Assembly (NCBI GenBank): GCA_016210585.1
Contig: JACQTX010000044.1
Location: 1 to 47,546 of the forward strand
Source of the DNA: Chloroflexota bacterium
GTDB taxonomy: Bacteria > Chloroflexota > Dehalococcoidia > Dehalococcoidales > JAFGLR01
Direction: 5' to 3'
DNA: 47,546 bases
The notes under the pieces were generated by a model, which saw only the letters and a program-made list of their open reading frames with translations, was not told the origin of the DNA and ran no database searches. The position numbers and the translations under genes were made by a program. Positions within the stretch are counted from its first letter, which is position 1. The number at the start of each line of letters is the position of its first letter. Positions 33,675 to 42,400 of the stretch are shown here, in pieces.

Positions 33675-34139
33675 TCAGCCGCCGGCTGATAGGATTTCGC
33701 CCACCGTCTTGGTCGTCATCCGTCCATAGACGTCTTTGTCCACAACCATGACCGGGGCCAGGGCACAGGAGCCGAAGCAGGCCACTGTTTCCAGGGAGTA
33801 GGCCAGGTCTTCCGTAGTCTCACCGGACTTGATACCAAGCTGTTTCTCCGCCTCACGCAGGATGCGCAGGCTGCCCCGCACATGACAGGCGGTGCCCCGG
33901 CAGACCCTGATCACCTTCCGCCCGGTAGGGATGAACTTGAACTGGGCATAGAAGGTGGCTACACCAAAGACCGTGCTTGCCGGCAGACGCAGAAAATCGG
34001 CAATGCGTGCCATCACGTCTCCCGAAAGATAGCCGAACCTCTCCTGGGCGCTCTGGAGGATGGAGATTAGCTCACTCTTATCTCCGGAGTAGCGCGCCAG
34101 GATTTCACCAAGCTCGTCTTTGACGCCAGTTTCCAGCAT
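33675..34139 (-). CDS. NuoE/HydC-like [2Fe-2S] subunit
   Basis: CRGTACHVRG ... CFGSCALAPV pattern. 154 aa. It is a paralogue of 19396-19872. Confidence 0.85.
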   Translation of the reverse strand: MLETGVKDELGEILARYSGDKSELISILQSAQERFGYLSGDVMARIADFLRLPASTVFGVATFYAQFKFIPTGRKVIRVCRGTACHVRGSLRILREAEKQLGIKSGETTEDLAYSLETVACFGSCALAPVMVVDKDVYGRMTTKTVGEILSAGG

Positions 34140-34347
34140 TAGCTCACCTCAACTGCGATTTACGAAAGAAAGGACTGCTAGCCGATAGGGAAACCGAAAG
34201 GCGTTTCACCGGGAATGTGAGTGGAAAGATGGGGAAAAGAAAGCGCCCGGATAAACATCTTGAGCGCTGATACGTGTCTATGGCCGCCCATTAAAGTCCT
34301 GTCAGCTTGGATTATACCCTATCCCGCGTTAACATTCAAGCTTCCGA

Positions 34348-34455
34348 AACAGCGTTCCCGAACCACAGACCGACCGCCGTGTCCGGGCAGGTTCGGAAAC
34401 CTGCCCTACGGGGGCAATGGCTATTTTGGGGAACAGCGTTCCCGAAGCCACAGAC
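34348..34455. repeat. direct repeat pair flanking a hairpin
   Basis: aacagcgttcccgaaccacagac (34348-34370) is repeated as aacagcgttcccgaagccacagac (34432-34455). Between them lies the 8-bp hairpin gggcaggt / acctgccc (34385-34406). Confidence 0.6.
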
Positions 34456-34462
34456 ACTCAGG

Positions 34463-34492
34463 TTGACATGGTTAGTGCTTTTGTGGTATTAA
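34463..34492 (+). promoter_or_regulatory. sigma70-type promoter candidate for TRAP cassette 2
   Basis: TTGACA (34463-34468), 18-nt spacer, TATTAA (34487-34492). It lies about 100 nt upstream of ATG 34595. Confidence 0.4.
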
Positions 34493-34594
34493 TAACGCTA
34501 ATTCAAGCCATTAGGCGGTGTTACCCCAGTTCCCCAGTTTGCACGGGCAAGCTGTTACTATCGAGTTCTACCAGGATGCTAAGAAGGAGGTAAG

Positions 34595-35848
34595 ATGTCG
34601 AAGAGAGCAAAGATTCTGGGAACTACTATCTCTATACTTGTCATCGTCACCCTTGTCCTGACTGCCTGCGCCAAACCGGCGCCAGCACCGACCGTTACCG
34701 TCACTACCACGGCTACAGCCACCGCACCGGCAGGTGCGGCGCCTACTGTTACGGTGACAGCCACACCAACAGCCGCCCCACCACCGACGGGCAAATTCAG
34801 CCCGGTTTCTCTGACCCATGCTTCCGCCCTGTCTTCTTACTCGTCTAACTGGGGTCTGGGCCTCAAACCCTTCATGGATGAGGTGAACCGGCTAACGGAT
34901 AACGCCCTGACGGTCAAGGTCAATATGGCTGGTGCCCTGCTGGGCGCCAAAGATATCCTGGATGGCACCGTCTCCGGGGTAGCCGATATCTCCTATTTCA
35001 ACGGTGCCGAGTTCCCGGCACAGCTCCCCTCCATGCAGCTCGGCAGCGTGGCTGACCCCATCCTCTCCGTCAGCCATCCTGATGAGGCCACCTGGGTGAT
35101 GATCGCCCAGCTCATCGCCAACGAGTTTGTAGCCCCGGAGTATGACAAAGCCGGACTCAAGTACCTCTGGGGAGTCGGTGCCTCCGAAAATACCCTCTTC
35201 CTTAACAAGAACGTGGCCACTCTGGATGACTTTAAGGGCATGAAGCTGAGAGTGTGGGCGGGCAAATACCAGGCCAGGCTATACGAGGCCATGGGTGCTA
35301 CGGCTGTGCCCGTTGTCGCCGCGGACTGGGCTGATGCGATCCAGAAGAACCTGGTAAATGGCGGTCTCACCCCACTGGACGTGGCTAACAGCTTCGGCAT
35401 TCTGCCTTACACTCAGTTCTGGATGACCAACAAGAAGGGTTCCACCTCTTTCTACATGGCCTGGCTGGTGGGGCATGGCCATGCTATGAATAAGAAGACC
35501 TGGGACAGTTTGACCCCCGACTGGAAGCGGGCGCTGCTCAAGGGCGCCAAGCAAGCCACTACTGCCTGGAGACTCGGTCACGTATCTCAGTTCATTGAGC
35601 CGGCCATAGTGTCCGGGGAGAAGGTGGGCGGCAAATTTATCAACCTGCCTGAGGCGGACCTGCAGAAGCTGATGAAGGGACCGCTAATGGCCAGTGTTTG
35701 GGATGATGCTGCGAAAGAGGTGGATGCGGCCGGGGGCAAGGGCACCGCGATGCTGACCCGGATACGCGAGCTACAGGTCATGCCTGGCGCTCAGATAGAA
35801 TTCCTCTTCGAGCAAATGTGGAGTAAGCGTATCGCCGACCTGAAGTAA
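34595..35848 (+). CDS. TRAP transporter substrate-binding lipoprotein (DctP family), cassette 2
   Basis: Strong RBS (AAGGAGG). Lipobox LTAC, a Thr/Pro/Ala stalk of about 40 aa, then a DctP-like body. The dctQ and dctM genes follow. Confidence 0.8.
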   Translation: MSKRAKILGTTISILVIVTLVLTACAKPAPAPTVTVTTTATATAPAGAAPTVTVTATPTAAPPPTGKFSPVSLTHASALSSYSSNWGLGLKPFMDEVNRLTDNALTVKVNMAGALLGAKDILDGTVSGVADISYFNGAEFPAQLPSMQLGSVADPILSVSHPDEATWVMIAQLIANEFVAPEYDKAGLKYLWGVGASENTLFLNKNVATLDDFKGMKLRVWAGKYQARLYEAMGATAVPVVAADWADAIQKNLVNGGLTPLDVANSFGILPYTQFWMTNKKGSTSFYMAWLVGHGHAMNKKTWDSLTPDWKRALLKGAKQATTAWRLGHVSQFIEPAIVSGEKVGGKFINLPEADLQKLMKGPLMASVWDDAAKEVDAAGGKGTAMLTRIRELQVMPGAQIEFLFEQMWSKRIADLK

Positions 35849-35856
35849 AAATAAAC

Positions 35857-35892
35857 CCGTCTTTAGCCCGCCTGCAGGCGGGCTAAAGACGG
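35857..35892 (+). other. perfect 16-bp intercistronic stem-loop (dctP2/dctQ2)
   Basis: ccgtctttagcccgcc / ggcgggctaaagacgg with loop TGCA. No T-tract follows. Confidence 0.7.
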
Positions 35893-35917
35893 AGCGGTAA
35901 GGACAAACAGGTAGGCC

Positions 35918-36397
35918 ATGTTGCGGAGAATTTTTGACGGCCTGTCCAACATCGGCAACTACATTGCCGGCATATTTCTCGTCATTGTCATGTTGCTGAC
36001 AATGGGCGAGATAACGGGACGCTATGTGTTCAGCCACCCCATTCCGGGCAATTTTGAAATCATAGAGCTGACCGTAGGGGTGCTGGCCACTATTGGCTTT
36101 GCCTTTGCTCTGGAGCAGGGCAAACACATCAGGGCGACAGTCCTGGTTGACCGCTTCGATGAAGTGGCACAGCGCGTCCTCCTGCTCATCAGCTACCTGG
36201 CCGGCTTTGTGGTGACCGGACTCTTGACATGGCAGCTTGCCATTGGCGCTATTCGGTCGGTGCAGATAAAGGAGGTCACCTATGGCCTCCTGCCTGTCCC
36301 GATGTATCCGACCAGAATCATCCTTGTCTTTTCGGTGGGATTGTTCTGCCTGGGGTTCTTACTGCGCTTCATCTGGGACCTCAGACGACAGCGTTAA
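35918..36397 (+). CDS. TRAP transporter small permease (DctQ family), cassette 2
   Basis: 159 aa with four TM helices and a GRYVFSHPIPG motif region like the cassette 1 DctQ. Confidence 0.8.
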   Translation: MLRRIFDGLSNIGNYIAGIFLVIVMLLTMGEITGRYVFSHPIPGNFEIIELTVGVLATIGFAFALEQGKHIRATVLVDRFDEVAQRVLLLISYLAGFVVTGLLTWQLAIGAIRSVQIKEVTYGLLPVPMYPTRIILVFSVGLFCLGFLLRFIWDLRRQR

Positions 36398-36403
36398 CCG
36401 AGT

Positions 36404-36438
36404 GTGCGGGCTATCCTTCTCAGAAGGATAGCCCGCAC
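36404..36438 (+). other. perfect 16-bp intercistronic stem-loop (dctQ2/dctM2)
   Basis: gtgcgggctatccttc / gaaggatagcccgcac with a 3-nt loop. No T-tract follows. It sits in a 159-nt gap. Confidence 0.7.
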
Positions 36439-36556
36439 GTTACCAATGTAGCTGTGCCGCGAGTACTGCTCAGCTTTTCCCCAGAGCCGTGACAGTCTGA
36501 AGGCGAGACGCGTCATAAAGAGGCTTTCGTGGTAAAGGTGATTGTGGAGGCTTGAA

Positions 36557-37870
36557 ATGGACCCATTTCTCGTAGCCTTACTTTCTTTCGTGGTCTTTCT
36601 CGTGCTGGTCCTGCTGGGCATGCACGTAGGCACCGCGTTAATTATCGTGGCCCTGACGGGCATGATAATCGTCAAAGGGTGGGCCTCTGCCATCAGCACG
36701 CTACGCTTTGTCCCCTTTTCCAGCGTGGTCAACTATAACCTCGCCGTCGTGCCCATGTTTATCCTGATGGGGGAGTTCATTTCCGCCTCTGGCCTGGTGG
36801 TCGGGTTCTTTGAAGCGGCACAGGCGTGGGTGGGACGTATCAAGGGTGGACTCGGCATCACCGTGGCTATAATGGGCGCCGGACTGGGCGCGGTGACCGG
36901 TTCCGCGGTAGCCGGTGCCGCCATGATGACCCGGACGGCTTTCCCTGAGATGCTGAAACATAAATATGACGCGGCTGTCAGTTCCGGTCTCATCGCGGCG
37001 GTTAGCCCCTTAGTCTTGATTATTCCCCCAAGCATCTTCCTGGTCTTCTATGCCATAGTTGTCGAGGTGTCAGTGACCCAGGTCCTGATAGCCGGTTTCC
37101 TGCCTGGATTCTTCATGGCAGCCGTATATGCTCTGGTGATTTACGTCATGGCGATACGCTCTCCGCACAAGCTGCCACCGGTCCAGCGCACCTATACCTT
37201 CAAGGAGAGGATGACTGCCTCAAAAGGGGTGCTGCCCATCGTGATAACCATAGTGGCGCTGCTGGGCGGCCTTTACGCTGGTGTCTTTACGGCTTCCGAG
37301 GTCGGGGGGGCGGGCGCCTTCATCGCCGTCATAGCCCTGATAGTTTTCCAGCGCGGCAAGGCATGGCGAATGGGCATGGCTTCTGTCTGGGAAGCGGCGG
37401 GCATGACGTCAATGATTTTCTATATCGTCATCGGCGCCCTGCTCTATGGCCGGTTCATCGCGGCTACCGGGGCCACTCCCCGGATAGTCGAGGCCATGAC
37501 GACTATCTCTATCTCACCCTATGTCACGTTCCTGCTGGTAGTCATTCTATATCTCATACTTGGCTGCTTCATTGACGGTATCTCCCTAATGGCAATCACG
37601 CTGCCGATTGTCTATCCATTGCTGACGAGCCTGGGTTTTGACGGTATCTGGCTCGGCGTCATGGTGACCATTCTGGTCGGCGTAGGTGCCTTAACGCCAC
37701 CCTTCGGCATCGTGGTATTTACAGTGAAAAGCATTATCGGTCCCCAGGTTGAGCTGATGACGATTTTCAAGAACACCATGCCCTTCTTCTTTGCCACGCT
37801 GGTGATAATAGTCATACTTACCGTCTGGCCGGAAATAGTCATGCTGTTACCCAACCTGGCCGCTAAATAG
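36557..37870 (+). CDS. TRAP transporter large permease (DctM family), cassette 2
   Basis: I prefer ATG 36557 after GTGGAGG over the track's TTG at 36542. Polytopic, with PMFILMGEF and ALTPPFGIVVFT blocks. Confidence 0.9.
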   Translation: MDPFLVALLSFVVFLVLVLLGMHVGTALIIVALTGMIIVKGWASAISTLRFVPFSSVVNYNLAVVPMFILMGEFISASGLVVGFFEAAQAWVGRIKGGLGITVAIMGAGLGAVTGSAVAGAAMMTRTAFPEMLKHKYDAAVSSGLIAAVSPLVLIIPPSIFLVFYAIVVEVSVTQVLIAGFLPGFFMAAVYALVIYVMAIRSPHKLPPVQRTYTFKERMTASKGVLPIVITIVALLGGLYAGVFTASEVGGAGAFIAVIALIVFQRGKAWRMGMASVWEAAGMTSMIFYIVIGALLYGRFIAATGATPRIVEAMTTISISPYVTFLLVVILYLILGCFIDGISLMAITLPIVYPLLTSLGFDGIWLGVMVTILVGVGALTPPFGIVVFTVKSIIGPQVELMTIFKNTMPFFFATLVIIVILTVWPEIVMLLPNLAAK

Positions 37871-37890
37871 ATAGAGAGTCAGGAGGGAAA

Positions 37891-39057
37891 ATGAAGCCGC
37901 CGAAGAAAGTCTGGACCGATGAGGAGATAGACGCCACTATCCGCGACTGGATTGCTCGGGTAAGACCGGAGAAGGTCAAGACGGGAAACTGGGACATCGG
38001 GGACTTGCCCTTTATGGAGCCAAACGGCAACCCGCGTATTGACCTGTGGCAGCGCATAAACTACCTCGATGAGGTAGAGATAACCTGGGGCAAGAAGTGG
38101 GGCGCCAGCGGCCTCGGCAAGATGAGGGAAGCCGCCGTGGTCCGGCCGCAGGAGCGGGATATCAGGGTCCCGCCCATGTCCAGGGCACCCATGTGGAGCA
38201 TTCATGCCCCGCCCATAACTGAAACGCCGACTCTCAAAGACCTGGACGCCTGGCAAAAAGAGCACGAGTATATGTGCCAGGTCCTGCGCGATCACGGCGT
38301 GACTGTTGACTATATCCAGTATCCGGACCCGCTGCCTATCGGGCCTTACGGGCCGCATGTCGCCATGACCTCGATTGATTTCTGGATAATCTGGGGCGGG
38401 GCTATACTGAGCCGCCTGTGCATCTGGCCGCTAGCCAGGGGACGGGAGGTCTTCCTTCTGAAATGGCTGGCTGAAATCGGCTGTCCTACGCTGCTCTATG
38501 TGACGGGCAGGGGCTTCTGCGAGATTGGCGCCATGGAGAGCCTGGCGGACGATTGCATGTTCATCGCCTCCGGCACCGCTGCCAACCAGGACGGTATCAA
38601 TCAGGTTTTGCCCGTCCTGGAACGCGCCGGCATCACCAACGTGCACATCGTGCAGCACGGTGGCTGGCTGGACTCCTGCCAGTTCCCCATGGGCGGCACC
38701 TACCACATCTCTCTCTTCTCGGCACCGCTCGATATCGGAAAACACCTGGTGTATCCCCCGCTGCTCGGCTGGGAGACCCAGCGGTGGTTCCATGAGCACG
38801 GCTACGAGGTCGTGGAAATACCGCCTGAGGACCACCGTGACTGGGCCGTCTCCAACCTGATAGTCCTGGCCCCCGGCAAGGTTATGATGGCCGCTGAGGC
38901 CAAAGAAACGATACGGCGTGTGCGCAAGGCCGGCGTCGAGGTCATCGAGTGCCCCACCTATACGAGCCGCTATAAAATCGGACTGGGCGGCTCCCTGCGC
39001 TGCCGCTGCAAGCCGCTTATCAGAGACCCCGGCCCCAGGCTCGCCGACTTGAAGTAG
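37891..39057 (+). CDS. amidinotransferase / arginine-deiminase superfamily protein, paralogue 2
   Basis: 388 aa with an AGGAGGG RBS. It is co-linear with 3474-4658, sharing the blocks TWGKKWGASGLGK, VHIVQHGGW, RRVRKAGVEVIECP and GLGGSLRCRC. Confidence 0.65.
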   Translation: MKPPKKVWTDEEIDATIRDWIARVRPEKVKTGNWDIGDLPFMEPNGNPRIDLWQRINYLDEVEITWGKKWGASGLGKMREAAVVRPQERDIRVPPMSRAPMWSIHAPPITETPTLKDLDAWQKEHEYMCQVLRDHGVTVDYIQYPDPLPIGPYGPHVAMTSIDFWIIWGGAILSRLCIWPLARGREVFLLKWLAEIGCPTLLYVTGRGFCEIGAMESLADDCMFIASGTAANQDGINQVLPVLERAGITNVHIVQHGGWLDSCQFPMGGTYHISLFSAPLDIGKHLVYPPLLGWETQRWFHEHGYEVVEIPPEDHRDWAVSNLIVLAPGKVMMAAEAKETIRRVRKAGVEVIECPTYTSRYKIGLGGSLRCRCKPLIRDPGPRLADLK

Positions 39058-39076
39058 CCCTTGCCTTTGAGTGAAG

Positions 39077-39112
39077 ACGGGTGTAATCGTCATGCACGGC
39101 GATTATACCCGT
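39077..39112 (+). terminator. possible terminator hairpin
   Basis: 13-bp stem (one G-U pair) acgggtgtaatcg / cgattatacccgt with a 10-nt loop, followed by the weak T-tract TCTGCGTCTTG. Confidence 0.35.
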
Positions 39113-39193
39113 TCTGCGTCTTGCATGACGGGCCAAAGAACGAGGCATCACAACGCTCCCCAGGCCGGCGCCCTCCGGCAAATGTGCCTCATG

Positions 39194-39202
39194 TGATATA
39201 AT
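39194..39202 (+). promoter_or_regulatory. extended -10 promoter candidate (TGaTATAAT)
   Basis: TG 39194-39195, one nt, then TATAAT 39197-39202. It lies about 215 nt upstream of ATG 39418. Confidence 0.3.
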
Positions 39203-39417
39203 TAACGTTAACCGCAAGCGCCCCACCCTGGCAGGTTAAAGCCCGACCGTGCTGCGTTGTCTGGCCTGGTGTCCAATCGGGGCACAAGTATCAGGGCCTG
39301 GCCGGTCCTCCTCAGACCGGGTCTCAAGTCCTGGCGGGAAAGACACCTTATGCCACCATCAAGACTCTGGAGGCGGCAGATGCCTTCACCCTGGCTCGTA
39401 GGAAAAGGAGGCTAAAC

Positions 39418-42400
39418 ATGAAGACCAAGCGGCTGGGCTTCCTCTTTGTGCTTATACTCGCTATCGTCTCCCTTGTCTTGAGTGGCTGCACCAGGACCAC
39501 GCCGGTGCCCACACCGACACCCACTGTGACCACTACACCCACGCCTATACCCGCACCGCCACCCCAGCCCACCCCCAGGTTCGAAATAGCGGCGCTTACG
39601 ATAATGCCGGCGAGAGTGGTCGTGGGACAGCCGGTAACCATAGAAGCCAGCGTGGCCAACATGGGCAATGCCGCTGGCAGCTACACCGTGGTCTTCAAGA
39701 TCAATGACGCCACGGTAGAGACCAAAGACGTGGCGCTCGGCGCTGGCGAGCAGAAGACGGTAGCCTTCCAATACACGGCACGGGCCGCGGGTAAGCAAAA
39801 GGTAGAGCTGAATACTCTGGCGGGCACGGTCGAGGTGCTGAGACCGGCCGAGTTTCGCGTGACCTCTATAGGCGTAAGCCCGGCAGAGATAATTGCCGGC
39901 AAGGACATAACCATCAACGTAGAAATCGAGAACACCGGCGAGGTCGAAGGTACCTATCCCGCTAAGGTGACCGTTGACGGCAAAGTAGTCGCCAGCAAGG
40001 ATGTTACGGTGGGTGCTAACGCCAGGAACACCTTCTCCTTTCCTCATATTCTTGATAAGTCCGGTGCCCGTGTTATTGATGTAGGTGGCGTGACCAAGAC
40101 CGTTACTGCCCTGAAGGCCGCGGAGCTAAAGGCAAGCCTGGTGAAAGTGACACCCGCCCTGGTGTTTCCCGGGCAGACCGCTACCGTAGAAGCTGAGGTG
40201 ACCAACGCTGGCGAGGTCAAAGGTAACCTGACGGCGTCCTTGAGGGTCAATAACGTGGAGGTTGACACGCGGCCTCTGTCCCTTGACGCCGGGGCCACCA
40301 GCAAGCCGTCTTTTACCGTAGTGCGTGACCAGCCGGGCAGCTACGAGATTAAGGTCGGCGAGGCTACCGCTAGCCTGACTGTCGCCGAGGTGGAGACCTC
40401 TACCAGTGAGGCATTCAACTACACTATGCTGTATCCCAAAGGATGGGTACTGAACGAGGACAATCCCCAGCAGGTGACCATGGTCAAGCAGGGGGTGGGG
40501 CTTCTGATGGTTGTCGCGGAAATAGTGCCCGTAGCCGTCAGTTCGGAGGAGTATTTCCGGCTCTTCAGCAGCAGCCTCGCCTCATCAGTTTCCGATCTGA
40601 AAACTATCTCCCAGAATGAGGTCCGAGAAAACGGTGCCATTGTCGGTTTTCGATTGGAGCTTTCTTTTACCGCCACCAATGGCGCCAAGACGAGAGGCAG
40701 CTACCTGATAACCAAGCGCGGCCGGTTCGCCTTTATCGCCTTCGGCCAGGTAGCTGAGTCAGTGTGGGACTTGAACGCCGCGGTGATTGATGCCGCGCTG
40801 AACAGCTTCAAACCACCGGTAGTGGCCGTTGGTAGCTATGCAAACGACGTCCATGGTTTTGCCCTTACCCTGCCTACGGGATGGGATGCCCGAGAGACCG
40901 GGGACCGCGTCCGGGTGGTCGAGGTCCTGAATACGGCAGGGCTACCACTGATTCGCACCAGTGTGTTCGTAGAGAGGGTTGATGAAACCGCCACGGCACA
41001 ACCTTACGCTCTGGAGTTTGCCGGCAGCTTCCAGGGGCAGACGGGTTACAAGCTGGTATCCCAGGGACAGGCCACGCTAGCCGGGACTGCCGCCTACGAG
41101 GTGATCCTGACCATCACCGCAGGGACAACCCCTTTGACAATGCGGATAGTCTCGGCAAAGCGCGGGACGCAGATGTTCACCATCCACCTGGTTACGGCAA
41201 CTACTACTTACGATTCACAACGCAATACCATTGACCAGCTAGTACGCAGCTTTGCGCTGACCGAGCCCAAGCCCTTCGGTGTCTCCCGGCAGGACTCTTT
41301 GTTCCTCTGGCAGGGTGATATTGTGACGCTGGACCCGGCACTCTCCGAGGACGCCCCGGATGGTATCATCGGGGCGATTTTCAGTGGCCTGGTCCGCATT
41401 GATAAAGACCTGAAGGTGGCACCGGACATCGCCGAAAGGTGGGACATCAGCGCCGATGGCAAGACCTACACCTTCTACCTGCGTGCTGGCGTCAAATTCC
41501 ACAACGGCAAGGCCGTAACCGCCCATGACCTCAAATACTCCTGGGAGCGGGCCTTAGACCCGCAGACCAAGTCCCGCAAGGCGCGCACCTACATGGGTGA
41601 TATTGTCGGTGCCGCCGATATGCTCGCGGGCAAAGCCACCGAGCTAAGCGGCGTCAAGGTGATTGATGACCGGACCCTGCAGGTGACCATTGACGGCCCC
41701 AAGCCCTATTTCCTGGGCAAGTTGGCCTATGTAACGGCTTTCGTCGTGGACAGGGCTAACGTGGCCCGCGGCAAGGGCTGGACGGACGCCCCGAATGGCA
41801 CCGGCCCCTTTGAGCTCAAACAATGGCTAAAGGACGAGCTACTGGTGCTGGAGCGCAATGACAACTTCTACCTCGGCCCGGCCAAGCTGCAGAACATTGT
41901 GTTCCAGATTTTTGCCGGCCGCCCCATGCTGATGTATGAGAATGGTGAGCTTGACGTGACCGGAGTCGGCTTGAATGATATCGAGAGAGTCCTTGACCCG
42001 GCTGACCCGCTCAACAAGGAGCTACTCACGGTGCAACGGTTTCAAAACGGTTTTCTCGGCTTTAATGTGACCAAACCGCCCTTCGATGACCCCAAGGTGC
42101 GCCGTGCCTTTGCCCTTGCCGTGGACTGGAACAAGATAATCGAGGTCTCGCTGAAGGGAGTGGTAGAGCGGGCGGCGGGCTACGTCCCGCCGGGGGTGCC
42201 GGGGCACAATGCGGAGCTTAAGCCTTTGCCCTTTGACCCAACCCAGGCGAAACAACTCATTGCCGAGTCAAAATATGGCAGTGTGGATAAGCTGCCGCCT
42301 GTCACCCTCTATGTCCTCTTCGGTGCCGGGCCGTCAGATGAGGCCATGGTGGCCATGTGGCAACAGAACCTCGGCGTCGCGGTGAATGTGGAAGCAGTTC

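Noticed and set aside
19396-34139. The two NuoE-NuoF-FdhA modules as a recent inverted duplication or assembly artefact.
   Set aside because: The proteins are clearly diverged: different active sites, a GltD fusion in one only, and different lengths. I saw no long nucleotide identity between the modules.
34140-34594. A guanidine or other riboswitch upstream of TRAP cassette 2, considered because of the amidinotransferase link.
   Set aside because: I could not find the conserved ykkC-type or mini-ykkC features. The region is explained by a repeat element plus a promoter candidate. An Rfam scan would still be needed to exclude it formally.
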